DNA of 64,000 bases from Octopus vulgaris (lineage: Eukaryota). Positions within the stretch are counted from its first letter, which is position 1. Each line of letters opens with the position of its first letter. The notes below the pieces were generated by a model that made no database searches, was not told where the DNA came from, and saw only the letters and a list, made by a program, of their open reading frames with translations. The DNA lies in NCBI GenBank assembly GCA_951406725.2, contig OX597818.1, positions 142,476,001 to 142,540,000 of the forward strand. The letters are read 5' to 3'. The position numbers and the translations under genes are program-made. Shown here in pieces: positions 1-12,652 of the stretch.

Positions 1-49
1 GAGTGGATTCTGTAGTTATGCAAAGGGCTGAGGCATTCTTTTGGAGTTA

Positions 50-240
50 GTGTCCTAAAAAATGTACCTAAGGCTCTCTGTAAAGTGGTTGGTGTTGGAG
101 AGGGTATCGATCCTTAAAACACAAACCAAACCAAACCAGATGTTTGAACAAAATGTGATTCTCTAACATTTCAGATTGTGTCCAACCATCCAACCCATGC
201 AAGCATGGTAAGCAGATGTAAAATTATGTCAATGATGATT
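50..240 (+). mobile_element. Decayed 3' tail of RTE-associated repeat (family D)
   Basis: Degenerate gtggttggtgttggagagggtatc...aacccatgcaagcatgg...atgatgat matches the family D tail at 48475-48724 and 50090-50253. Confidence 0.65.
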
Positions 241-254
241 TATTTATTTATTTA

Positions 255-572
255 TTTCATTGTCTTTTATTTGTTTCAGTTACTGGACTGTGGCCATGTT
301 GGAGCACCACCTCAAATGCTTTAGTCCAACAGATCAACTTCAGCACTTATTTTTTAAGTCTAGCTCTTAGTTTGTTGGTCTCTTTTGCCAAATTGCTGAG
401 TTATAGGGACATAAACAAAGCAACAGCAGTTGTCAAGTGGTGGTAAGGACAAACATAATACAAACTCACACACAATGGGCTTCCTCATAGTTTCTGCCTA
501 CCAAATTCACTAACAAGACATTAGTCAGTCATGGGCTTATAGTAGAAGACACTTGCCTAAAGTGCAACAAAG
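255..572 (-). mobile_element. SINE family A, decayed, head truncated
   Basis: Reverse complement of the family A body and tail (compare 8490-8912). Confidence 0.8.
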
Positions 573-885
573 CAGTGGTTTTCAGTCTCTTTGAGTTTTT
601 GGTGCGCTGGAGATCAAATATAAGAAAAATAAGAACAAAATTTTCTTGTATTTGAAGACCAAGCAAAAATATTACTTGTGCACTTGAAATGGAAAGTTAA
701 AAAAACACAGTTCTGAAGTTAGAAATTTAGAAAAATAACACAGAAAATTGTTTGTGTTATTAATCATACTTTCTATATGAAAATTATGATTAACACATTT
801 TTCAAAATGTTCAGCAATTAATATGGATTTTCTAAAAACAATTTCTTTTAAAAGACCCACAGCATCCCCAGATATCTTTGTAGTA
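573..885. mobile_element. Partial hAT-Charlie-like MITE
   Basis: Starts CAGTGGTTTTCA like the TIRs at 19157 and 36022; other end not found. Confidence 0.4.
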
Positions 886-889
886 TGTC

Positions 890-1082
890 AGTGTGGCTGT
901 GTGATAAGAGGCTTGTTTTCCAACCACATGGTTCTGGATTCAGTCCCACTGCATGGCACCTTGGTCAAGTGTCTTCTATTATAGCTTCAGGCTGACCAAA
1001 GCAAGTGGATTTGGTATCACGTGTTAATTTGGTAGACAGGAACTGAGAGAAGCCAATTGTATATAAATGTGAATGTGTGTGT

Positions 1083-1121
<39 letters not shown>

Positions 1122-1345
1122 GTGTGTATGTGTGTGTGTGTGTGTTTGTCCCCCACCACAGCTTGATAGCTAGTGTTGGCATGTTTACATCACCACAACT
1201 TAACAGTTTGGCAAAAGAAACTGATAGAATATATACCAGGCTTCAAAAGAAGAAAAAATTATTGGGTTCAATTCATTCAACTAAAAAGTCTTCAAGGCCG
1301 TGCTCCAGCATGACTACATATAACGACTGAAATAGGCAAAAGACA
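890..1345 (+). mobile_element. SINE family A with internal (TG)n
   Basis: Head gtggctgtgtg...ttcagtcccactg, internal microsatellite, 3' ...gctccagcatg...gactgaaa. Confidence 0.85.
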
Positions 1346-1360
1346 AAAGAGCTAAAAGCC

Positions 1361-1458
1361 AAATGGAGAGCAAGCCAAATGGAGAGAAGGTCAGCTGGAG
1401 AGCAGGCCAAATGGAGAGCAAGTTCAAATGGAGAGCAGGCCAACGGGAGAGCGAGCCA
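1361..1458 (+). repeat. 16-17 bp minisatellite, 6 copies
   Basis: Units approximate aaatggagagcaggcc. Confidence 0.85.
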
Positions 1459-1566
1459 GCCTGGAATTTTCTCAGGTTCATTACTATTACATAGGCACAT
1501 CATTGAAAAAGAGAATTATCGCTGGAGACATGAGTGTGAGAGTTCACTTCCTAATCATGCAGTTTA

Positions 1567-1767
1567 GGGTTCAGTCCTACAACACTACACCTTGGGTAAA
1601 TGTCTACAGGCACAGGCATAGCTGTGGGGTTAAGAAGCTCACATTGAACTATGTGATTTTGGGTTCAGTCCTACAACACCACACCTTGGGTAAATGTCTA
1701 CAGGCACAGGCATAGCTGTGTGGTTAAGAAGCTCACATTGAACTATGTGATTTTGGGTTCAGTCCTA
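1567..1767 (+). repeat. 94-bp tandem duplication of a SINE A head
   Basis: gggttcagtccta recurs at 1567, 1661 and 1755; the two full units differ at about 2 positions. Confidence 0.9.
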
Positions 1768-1867
1768 ATGCACAGCACTTTGAGCAAGGGTCTTCTACTA
1801 TAGCCTCTGCATGTGTGTTGGTGCATGTGTGTGTTTGTTGGTGTGTGTGTGTTGGTTTGTGTGTGTT

Positions 1868-1906
<39 letters not shown>

Positions 1907-4330
1907 TGTATCTGTGTGTGTTGATGTGCATGTGTGTTGGTGTATGTTGGTGAGCGTGTGTTGGTGTGTGTGTGTTTGCTGGATCAGGACTGACCTCAGA
2001 GCTAATCAACAACAAAAGCAACAACACACAAACATAAGCTTGTAAAACAGTAATGCATTCATAACGAACAGAGTTGATGGTTAGATTTTGATTTTTGTAG
2101 GTGAGATATATATTCTCATAGTTGCTAGAAAGCTAATCTGTCACAGGTAACTTTCTTGAAACACCTGCTTCCTATTCTCCATATTAGGTAAAACTGACTG
2201 ACTGACAGACGCAAAAGCCAACAAACCACAACCATCACTGGCTACTGAGAATGATTTAGTATTAGTATATACCATACCTTCACTACATACCCTTGTATAT
2301 GGTGGCCCTGAAGTCATGAGCAGATACAGACACTGCCATGACCCACCCACTTTGACCAAGCAGAATATCCAGGATGTGAAAGCTGGAAGGAGAGAAAGAT
2401 GGCTACACCAGAACTGAGATGATACTTTGCAAACCCCAATGGGATAAAAGATAAACTTGACCTTGGTGAGATTTGAACTTAGAATCCACAGTCAGAACTA
2501 ATATAGCAATGTGGTCTAACCAATGCTCTAAATAATCTTAGTATTCAACGACTTTAACAAAAGTAAGTAATGACCAATAAACATTATATGTCCGCCTTAA
2601 ACAATGTAACTACTAGTTTAACACCACCAACTGGATATTGGGTGCTTTTACAATGGCTCATTCTGTTGTGAGCATCCAGTTCTATCCAGCACATGTTTCC
2701 CCAGTCAAGGAGGACTGCAGAAGTCAAGGTTACTAATCCTTCTCCCCTATCTAGCATGGCCATGTAAATATAAATTATCTTCACAATGGAATGGTTCCGG
2801 GGTTGATTGCACTGCACAGTTTTTTAAGTGAGCATCTTTTTTGTATTATACTCCAAACCTCCTGAGTGAAATTTGGTCATTAGAATAGTGAGGAAGCTCA
2901 TTGGGTGTGTATGGAATTATGAATCAAGGACCCAGATGTATAAACAAAGAAAAGAGCACTTGGTATGTCATGTAGAGAATATAATTGTTGTATAGCAGTT
3001 ATTAACAGTCATTACCTCAATGTTTCATAGACATTCAAGCGGATTATCTATGATACCATGTAATGAATGTGGATATCATTAACTCTCCTAAACAGCAAAT
3101 ACACACACATGTGTGGGAGGTAGCAGAATCAGTGTGGATGTATCAAACAAATGCACCTTTAGACATTTTGTTCCAAGCTAGTTGCATCCCCTTATGTCCC
3201 AGTTCACTTTGTCCCACTTTCCAATGTCAATAAAATAAACACCAAATGAAGTAATAAAATCAATACAATTTACTTAAACCCCTTGAAAGTGGAGTCCCAG
3301 CATGGCCACAGTCCAGAGACTCTATCCAATGAAATAATAAAAATAAAATCAAATAGAATACAAATGCCACAGTCTGCAAGTACGGAAGCCTTGATGTGGT
3401 CACTCAACATGTTAAAAATAGTGGGCAAGTTTCTTATTATCTTTTTAAAAGACAAGATGATCACAACTGGAACATCTTTGATCATGGACTTGCTTGTATT
3501 AGAACTTACCAAGGGCTAAACAATACAACTGCTGGTGTCACAGCCAACACGTTTGTACTCAGTTAAATACAATCCTTTCTTTAGTATTTCTACCACTAAT
3601 TGGACATTGAACAAGCTATAAAGGTTATTGTCATTACTGACAAGGATCATTCGACACTACTGCTTCTCATTCTTTTTTTTAAAGTTTTTATATTCTAACA
3701 TTTTAATGCTGTTTTTATTGCCTTTTTTTTGTGTGTTTTTTACATTCAATTTAAATGATTGAAAGATGAAAAATGTCAAATGCGCTTTCAACAAGAGCTG
3801 ACGATTAGAAATATTTCCGGCCATTTCTGTGCGAATTAGATAACATAGATGTGTGCAGATGGAGACAGGCAGGCAGGGAGCTAGAAAGGTGGGGAGAAAT
3901 AGAAACATATATACATATATATGTATTTCGATACACACACATATATATAATGTGGTATATAGAAGTATGCATCCTGGACAGGACAATGAACTGCATCCGG
4001 TGATGAGACTCAAGTTCAGGAATTTTGGATAGTATGAAGTTACTCAATGGTTAGCACAACTCCCAGTGCTGCTTTGGCCCACCCGCCTGCCCGCCCACCC
4101 ATCCGTCTGTCCATCCGTCTGTCTGTCCATACATACATACATACATATATATATACGATAGGCTTCTTTCAGTTTCCAACCACCAAATCCACTCACAAGG
4201 CATCGGTCAGCCTGAGGCTATAGAAGACACTACCCCAAGGTGCCACACAATGGGAATGAACCAGGAACCCTGTGGTTGGTAAGCAAGCTACTTACTACAA
4301 AGCCACTCACACATATGTGCATGTATATAC

Positions 4331-4425
<95 letters not shown>

Positions 4426-4834
4426 AAAGATCTGTAGACATCAATGATGATGATGATGGTATGTGTGTGTGTGTGTGTGTATACACAGAGACATAAATAT
4501 AGATCAGCATCGTCATTTTTACATTCAATTTCCATATTTGCATACATTGGATGAGACATTTCAAGGCAGTGTTTTATGGATAGATGTCATTCCTGATGCC
4601 TATTGCTTACCTCTTATAACCAGTGTACCTATTTCAAAAAACAAAAACAAGAACATGAGGTTGCAAGGTGAGGGGATTTCATCTGATGTCCTAACACTTC
4701 TGAAATTTACCACCCTAGAATATTTACTTATTAACCTTAAATGGATGTGAAGCAAAGTTAACTTTGGCTGGATTTGAAACCAGGGCGCAGAGAGTCAGAA
4801 CAAGTATCCACATGGCATTAACAATGACAAGGAC

Positions 4835-5090
4835 TCCAATTGATCCAATCAATAGAAGTGGCTGAGTACTCCACAGACACATGTGCCCTTAACGTAGTTC
4901 TCAGAGAGATTCAGCATGACACAGAATGTGACAAGGCTGGCCTTTTGAAATACAGGTACTACTCATTTTTGCCAGCTGAGTGGACTGGAGCAACGTGAAA
5001 TAAAGTGTCTTGCTCAAGGACACAACACACTCTCAAGAGTCAAACTCAAGTTCTTACAATCATGAGTCAAATACCCAAACCATTAACTCA
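4835..5090 (-). mobile_element. SINE with 41329-type head and family B-type tail
   Basis: aaataaagtgtcttgctcaaggacacaac matches the 41329 SINE; actccacagacac...cccttaacgtagttctc matches the family B tail. Confidence 0.75.
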
Positions 5091-5123
5091 CACTCTTTTG
5101 CAGAATTTAATCTGCAGCTTTAA

Positions 5124-5377
5124 AAGGCGGCGAGCTGGCAGAAACATTAGCATGCAGGGCGAAATGCTTAGAGGTATTTCGTCTGCCGTTATGTTCTGAG
5201 TTCAAATTCTGCCAAGGTCAACTTTGCCTTTCATCCTTTCGGGATCGATAAATTAAGTACCAGTTACGCACTGGGGTCGATGTAATCGACTTAATCTCTT
5301 TGTCTGTCCTTGTTTGTCCTCTCTGTGTTTAGCCCCTTGTGGGCAATATAGAAATAAAAGAATAAAAAAATAAAAAT
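5124..5377 (+). mobile_element. SINE family C, full length
   Basis: 13-bp TSD tctgcagctttaa (5111-5123 and 5378-5390); B-box-like gagttcaaattc; body gcctttcatcctttcgggatcgataaattaagtaccag; A-rich tail. Confidence 0.92.
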
Positions 5378-5477
5378 TCTGCAGCTTTAATGATAGTTAA
5401 TTCACTGCAGAAAGAAATGCTTTGAAAAAACTATGAACATATTTTGTATACCAACCTCTCCTCTACAATTCAATTTT

Positions 5478-5880
5478 CATAACTATCTTCACCTATGGTC
5501 GTGAATGTTGGGCAAACCACCAAAAGAATACAATCATGAATCCAAACAACTGAAATGGGGTCCTTCAAAAGGCTCTATGAAGTGATGTTACTCAAAAAGG
5601 GGCATAACTGAAAGATTAAGGAACTCTCCTGATTGAGCCATTACTTCTACACATCAAGAGGATACAGTTCCAGTAATATGGACAAATGATTAAGAATGTC
5701 ACATAAAAGAATCACAAGACAGAGTCTTCAAGCCAAGCCAGGCAACAGGAGACCAAGGGGTAGATCAAGAAAGGGATGGTTGGATAATATCCATTGTCTC
5801 AGTTGGTAATGCTTGGGAATCCAGCTACAAAGTCTAATGACAGATGCTTCTGACAGAATGCTAAGGAGGAGATACTCTAC
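5478..5880 (+). pseudogene. Decayed RTE-clade LINE ORF2 C-terminal fragment
   Basis: Broken translation contains TYGRECW, IQTTEM and an RRPRGRSR-like motif; many stops. Confidence 0.6.
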
Positions 5881-5929
5881 CTTCATGAATAGTGGTCAGA
5901 GAAAATGGATGGAAAGATACTGTATATTA

Positions 5930-6230
5930 TATCCAACCAAAATGCAAATATATGGGGAAACTACCACCTGTGTCATCTCTTGTGAAAGGTAGAAGAGTCC
6001 AGTTTGCTGGACATTGTTGTAGAGCTGAAAACGAGGCAATTTCTACTCTTCTCCTCTGGAAGCCATCTACTCGCGATTCCAAAGGGTGCACACTCTCCTA
6101 CCCTGGTGTAATCTCCAGGGATACAGGCATCCAGCAACAGGACCTCCGTAATGCTATGATGGACTGTGAAGTCCGGCGTAGCATGGTAAATTCCATTGTC
6201 TCGACCACGGTCAAACAATGATGATGATGA
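5930..6230 (+). mobile_element. 3' end of an RTE-group (Proto2/RTEX-like) LINE
   Basis: RRVQFAGHCCRAE...LLLWKP motif then (ATG)n tail; second copy at 54435-54763. Confidence 0.75.
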
Positions 6231-6414
6231 GTGTATAGCAGTCAATACATCACCTTTTAATTATCAAAGTTCTTGTTATTAGTATTACTCGTGTTATTTG
6301 TTTTGTTATTTTCTATTGTTATTTATGCAAATCCTTCTTGTCAAATGAAAATCCCAATTCTTTATTCTGGAAGTAAAACTGTAATTTCTGATCTACAGGC
6401 AAGCCGAGATCAAT

Positions 6415-6456
6415 ATTATGCTGATGAGGTTTAACAGATCAAAACATGTCCATAAT
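6415..6456 (+). ncRNA. Decayed minimal type I hammerhead ribozyme (Penelope pLTR-like)
   Basis: attatg-CTGATGA-ggt..atc-AAA-ACATGT-C-cataat: 6-bp stem I, palindromic stem III, G12 replaced by A. Confidence 0.65.
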
Positions 6457-6739
6457 TATCCTTCAGACTGTCCTTACATGCATAAATAATATGTCTCTTT
6501 TCCAACATAATTTACGTATATGTGTGTGTGCATGTATGTATACATACACCAACATCCCCTCACTACACAAACACAATGTGCACAAATCTACATAGACACT
6601 TCTCCTATTCTTATACAAGTGGAAAATAAAGTGTATTTTAAGAATAAAACATATGAGTTCTACTTTGCCTCCTATTACTTATCAATATATAATAGTTAGG
6701 GTGTTAAAAGATTACATATCTTCTACATTTGCAGGAGTG

Positions 6740-7175
6740 GTGCAGGAGTGGCTGTGTGGTAAGTAGCTTCCTTACCAACCACATGGTTCCGGGTTCAGTC
6801 CCACTGCATGGTACCTTGGGCAAGAGTCTTCTACTATAGCCTCGGGCCAACCAAAGCCTTGTGAGTGGATTTGGTAGACGGAAACTGAAAGAAGCCCGTC
6901 ATATATATGTATATATATATATATGTATGTGTGTGTATATGTTTGTGTGTATATGTTTGTGTGTCTGTGTTTGTACTGCCAACATCACTTGACAACCAAT
7001 GCTGGTGTGTTTATGTCCCTATAACTTAGCGGTTCAGCAAAAGAGACCAATAGAATAAGTACTAGGCTTACAAAGAATAAGTCCTGGTGTTGATTTGCTC
7101 AACTAAAAGTGGTACTCCAGCATGGCCGCGGTCAAGTGACTGCAACAAGTAAAAGAGTAAATATGTAAAAGAGTA
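6740..7175 (+). mobile_element. SINE family A, full length
   Basis: Complete head, internal (TA)/(TG) tract, gtaaaaga tail. Confidence 0.92.
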
Positions 7176-7339
7176 TATATGTCTATTGTTCTCATGTATA
7201 TGGCAAGAACCACCTGCAAAGTCTAAGTGTATAGCTACTACGTTCACCAAATTTCACATCTGCGGCCACATACCAAAGTCCATGTATCGAGAACAGCACA
7301 AACTTATTTAGGACAGCCACACTTTCAGTCAGTTTCAGC

Positions 7340-7540
7340 TGTTGTTGTTTAACCCCAGCTTGTCAACTCTGAACCAGCAGACCTCTAATGTAAGGAAATC
7401 AAGTCTTGACCAGTACATCTTTTTCCCAAACACAATGTATTTAGAACAACATTATCTATGTTGTTTTTAAAATATCTGTAGAGAACAATTTGAGGAAGAT
7501 TGGTCTATTATTTTTAGCATATTCAGTGACCATGTTTGTT
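7340..7540. repeat. Unclassified interspersed repeat family E (also ~13550-13770, 27410-27860, 28880-28960, 32690-32845, 50270-50610, 51050-51330)
   Basis: Shared motifs resembling aaccccaggtcag...atgacca and gatttggctgctatttctagcagg. Confidence 0.55.
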
Positions 7541-7614
7541 CTTCAAGCTGAAGATGAGCTCTTGTTACACAACAGTAAATGCTTGAAAATATTTTATTAT
7601 CTTCATTAACCATT

Positions 7615-8200
7615 ATCTTTTACTTGCTTCAGTCATTGGATTGCGGCCATGCTGAGGCACTGCCTTGAAGGGTTTAGTCAGACAAACTGATACCAGTACT
7701 TATTTTTATAAGTCTAGTATTTATTCTATTGGTCACTTTTGCCAAACCACTAAGTTATGAACATGTAAATAAATCAACACTAGGGGTCAAATAATAGGTG
7801 GGAGGAACAAACATAAACACAAAGACATCATCATCATCATCATCATTGTTTAACGTCCGCTTTCCATGCTAGCATGGGTTGGACGATTTTGACTGAGGGC
7901 TGGCAAACCAGATGGCTGCACCAGGCTCCAGTCTTGATCTGGCAGAGTTTCTACAGCTGAATGCCCTTCCTAACGCCAACCACTCCGAGAGTGTAGTGGG
8001 TGCTCTTTACGTGCCACAGGCACGGGGGCCAGTCAGGCAGTACTGGCAATGACCTCGCTCGAATCTTTTTACACATGCCACTGGCACAGGTACCAGTGAA
8101 GCCTATAATAGAAGACACATGCCTAAGGTGCTGCAAAATGGGGTTGGACATCAGAAATCACACAGTTGCAAAATGTGCCTCTTAATCACACAGCTATCTG
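7615..8200 (-). mobile_element. SINE family A interrupted by a family D element (7827-8100)
   Basis: SINE 3' part 7615-7825 and 5' part 8100-8200 flank a (CAT)n-led family D insert. Confidence 0.8.
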
Positions 8201-8489
8201 TACCCTTATTATCTACACATTTCAGATAATTGTGAGAAACTTTTAGAATCTGCAGATTTGATTACCACCAACTAGTATCGGTATTTAGTTATCATCAGTA
8301 GGAGGATGTTTGTCTTGTTAATTGTTACCCTGTCTGTTCATACAAATGGACAGTGACCAAAGCATCACCGTAGTGTTGTCATAAAAGCCAAGCGCACAGA
8401 GATCAGTTGCCTGGAGCCACAACAGACATAGGACAGAATCCCTATTCTACTCCATGCATGATATGGCTTGATGAAAGCAAATGAATGCT

Positions 8490-8912
8490 ACAGGCGCAGG
8501 AGTGGCTGTGTGGTAAGTAGCTTGCTAACCAACCACATGGTTCCGGGTTCAGTCCCACTGCGTGGCATCTTGGGCAAGTGTCTTCTGCTATAGCCCCGGG
8601 CCGACCAATGCCTTGTGAGTGGATTTGGTAGACGGAAACTGAAAGAAGCCTGTCGTATATGTATATATATATATGTATGTGTGTGTGTTTGTGTGTCTGT
8701 GTTTGTTCCCCTAGCATTGCTTGACAACCGATGCTGGTGTGTTTACGTCCCCGTCACTTAGCGGTTCGGCAAAAGAGACCGATAGAATAAGTACTGGACT
8801 TACAAAGAATAAGTCCCGGGGTCGAGTTGCTCGACTAAAGGCGGTGCTCCAGCATGGCCGCAGTCAAATGACTGAAACAAGTTAGAGAGTAAAGAGTAAA
8901 GAGTAAAAGAGA
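8490..8912 (+). mobile_element. SINE family A, young full-length copy
   Basis: CpG-rich and near identical to 21960-22364 and 37670-38082; A-box-like gtggctgtgtgg, B-box-like ggttcagtccc; gtaaaaga-type tail. Confidence 0.95.
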
Positions 8913-9181
8913 GGTATCAGTGCATTACTTTATAGCAACATTATAGTTGTTATCTTGGTCCTGGGTCACTAATAATGTGTCCAGGAAGGGACTCCACACC
9001 CTATATGTCTGATTCAGAATTTTATTAGACCCTTCTTCAGTTTAGTAAGCCACCTCCTGGCTTGCTTAAAGGTCATGAAACCCTTCTGAATGAGATTGCA
9101 CTAGCCTGATCTCTCACTGAAAGCTACATACATATATGCTTGCATGCAGATACATGCATATATGTATGTATATATATATAT

Positions 9182-9390
9182 ACTCTCTTTTACTCTCTCT
9201 TTTACTTGTTTCAGTCATTTGACTGTGGTCATGCTGGAGCACCACCTTTAGTTGAGCAAATCGACCCCAGTACTTATTCTTTGTAAGCCTAGTACTTATT
9301 CTATCAGTTTCTTTTGCTGAACCGCTAAGTGACGGGGACGTAAACACACTAGCATTGGTTGGAGTAGGGGAGACAAACACAGACACACAA

Positions 9391-9431
<41 letters not shown>

Positions 9432-9603
9432 CATATATACGACGGGCTTCTTTCAGTTTCCGTCTACCAAATCCACTCACAAGGCTTTGGTCAGCCTGAG
9501 GCTATAGTAGAAGACACTTGCCCAAGGTGCCACACAGTGGGACTGAACCCAGAACCATGTGGTTGGTAAGCAAGCTACTTACCACACAGCCACTCCTATG
9601 CCT
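9182..9603 (-). mobile_element. SINE family A, full length
   Basis: Reverse complement of 8490-8912. Confidence 0.93.
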
Positions 9604-9902
9604 ATATATAAGATTCTGTAGAATTAGGCACTTAAATTGAGGCACCTTGCTAGATCAGTATAATCCGCACACCCAAATAAAATCAATTGAATATTGAATA
9701 TCAAGACTCCATGCAGGGGTGTTTGTACACCTGATATTTCTGCCATGTGTGCAGACAACACAACCCAGCTAAGTGAAGATATTTGCTCTTAGTAATTCAG
9801 ACATGTACTTTTTATAAAGGTGCTTTCTTTAATATTTCCAAAGTGCAGATTCCAGGTTAGGTGAATTTATATATTTATATATATATATATATTTTTTTTT
9901 TT

Positions 9903-10177
9903 GTGACCGACCAGACCATCAGATGTTGTTACACATCGCTGGTCACAATGCATTCGCATTGTTTTAGCCTTTGAATGACGCCACCCCGCTGGCTAAGCGA
10001 GCAGGCCAACAGAAGAAAGAGCGAGAGAAAGAGTGGTGAAAGAGTACAGCAGGGATCACCAGCCCCTGCCGGAGCCTTGTGGAGCTTTTAGGTGTTCTCG
10101 CTCAATAAACACACACAACGCCCGGACTGGGAATCGAAACCGCGATCCTCCGACCGCGAGTCCGCTGCCCTAACCAC
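9903..10177 (-). mobile_element. SINE with family B head and an alternative tail
   Basis: 10010-10177 matches the family B head; 9903-10010 is unrelated to the family B tail. Confidence 0.8.
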
Positions 10178-10426
10178 ATGGACACAGAGAGAAAATAGAC
10201 AGTAAGAACGTGAGGCCAACAAAATATAAGGAGACACAAAAAAGGCCGAACAGCAAGTTAATAAAGATTATGTATATGTTTTTACCTACTATACATTTAC
10301 ACATACACACACACACACATAATTATGCATTATACATACATATATACACACACACACGTACACATATAATACATAAGTATATATTTTTTATCCTTTATTG
10401 TTATTTTAAATAAATTGTACATAAGT

Positions 10427-10890
10427 CTGGTAGTAAGAAGCTTGCTTCCCAACCACATGGTTCTGGGTTCAGTCTCAGTGCATGGCACCTTGGGCAAATG
10501 TCTTCTACTATAACCGCAGGCCAACCAAAGCAGATCAGGTATATGGAAACTGAAAGAAGCCTATCACGTGTGTGTGTGTGTGTGTGCACGTGCATGCCTG
10601 CATGCATGTGTGTGTGTGTGTGCGTGCATGTGTGTGTGTGTGTGTGTGTGTGTGTACATGTGCATGCATACATGTGACTTTGTTTATGTGTTTGTCCCAC
10701 ACCACAACTTGACAACCAGTGCTGGTATGTTTACATCCCTGAAACTTAGCAGTTCAGCAAAAGAAACTGAAAGAGTAAGTGCCAGGCTTTACAAAAAAAT
10801 AATGAGTATTGAGGTCAATTCATTGAACTACAATTTTTCAAGGCAGTGCCCCAGTAGGGCCACAATCTAATGACAAACACATAAAAGAAG
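10427..10890 (+). mobile_element. SINE family A, older copy
   Basis: Head, expanded (TG/TGCA)n core and tail recognisable. Confidence 0.85.
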
Positions 10891-10959
10891 TGTGTTTATG
10901 TGGGTGAATGCACAGAAATATGTATTACACAGGGAAGTATAGACTTATGTGTATATAAA

Positions 10960-11039
<80 letters not shown>

Positions 11040-11057
<18 letters not shown>

Positions 11058-11170
11058 AATAAAACATTGTATACAGTGCTCAGGTGCACTACAACTCATC
11101 TAAAGTGTATATATAATCAGGTGTAGTTTCGGCGGATTTCGGAAAGCATGAGGGCCTTAAAGGATGCAGT
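11040..11170 (-). mobile_element. CR1-like LINE 3' tail fragment
   Basis: (AAT)n + ttgtatacagtgctcaggtgcac, as at 60208. Confidence 0.75.
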
Positions 11171-11694
11171 ATATATATATACACACACACACACATACAT
11201 GCACAGAGAAAGAGTGAAGGAATAAGAAATAGAAAGGAAAAGTTTGGGATAAATTACTTCGTGTGTGTATATATACATATGTATGTATAGACACACACAC
11301 ACACACACACACACATATGTATAGTAAGAAAAGTGTCAAACGATTCTCCAAGTAGAAAAAGTCTGTGGAAGGGGAAGACCAAAGTAAACATGGAAAAATG
11401 TAGTGAAAGCTATTTTTAAAAGGCAGGACGACAGAGTTTTACAAAGAAGCCGACAAAAGACTGCAACAAGTGGTGGTGATACACTGTGCTATGAACCTAT
11501 GCCGGCATGGTAAAAGATCCATCAAACCTATGCCGGCGTGGTAAAATAGATGTTAAAAGATAACAATAAGGAGGATATATGTACTGCATCTGAGCAATAT
11601 ATACAATAAGCTCAATGTATGCACACACACATACATGTGCACACTTGTGTAATTCACGCAACCATTTACTTACAACGATGTATGAATCACACAC

Positions 11695-11725
<31 letters not shown>

Positions 11726-12164
11726 TACTGTACCTGAGTGCTATATAGAATAAGCTCATTATTATATGCACGTGTGTACACTTGTATAATAAATCACACA
11801 TCTATATACATACAACAATGTATGAATCATACACACACACACACACACATGAAAATGAAAGAGAGCGAAAATTAAGAACGAGTGTTTTAATATGTATTAA
11901 AACACTACACTCTATACTAGTGTAGTGCTTTATGTATATATATATATATATCATATATCAGATAATTTTTTCGATAGTGACTTCAAAGTTTCAACAAGTG
12001 TGTTCTTTTTTTTCTTTACAAACTGATCGCTCGGATAAACAGCAAAGTCAATGAAGCTTTCAAGTCACTTTCATTACAATTATGCTCCCTCCATACACAC
12101 ACAAGCACACTTTTTAGGCTTTAATTAGTTCTACCCAGTATGCTGTGGTCACACTGGAGCTCAA

Positions 12165-12368
12165 ATAGATAAATAGATAGATAGATAGATACATACATAC
12201 ATACATACATACATACATACATACATTCATGCATTCATATATACATACATACATACATACATACATACATACATACATACATGCATACATACATACATAC
12301 ATACATACATACATACATTACATACATACATTACAAACATACATGCATACATATATACATACATACAT

Positions 12369-12410
<42 letters not shown>

Positions 12411-12420
12411 GTACATACAT
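12165..12420. repeat. Compound (ATAG)n(ATAC)n(AGAC)n microsatellite
   Basis: Directly visible. Confidence 0.95.
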
Positions 12421-12652
12421 TACAACAATGAACATTTATAGATAAATTCATTCATACAAAAGTATGTGATTTTACGCATAGAAACGTACACGCACCCTTT
12501 TTTTTTTTTTTTTTACAGTAACATAGCATTTTTTCTTTTGTTTATTGTTTGTTCCATAAACAAACAACAACAGCAACAACAGCAAAACTAATAATGATGT
12601 AAACAAGAAATGCCAATAAAAAGAAAACCAAAAAAAAAAAAAAGAAACTCAC

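Noticed and set aside
2085-2106. Plus-strand recursive splice site (tttttgtag|gtgaga)
   Set aside because: Single short motif expected by chance in AT-rich DNA; no support for plus-strand transcription.
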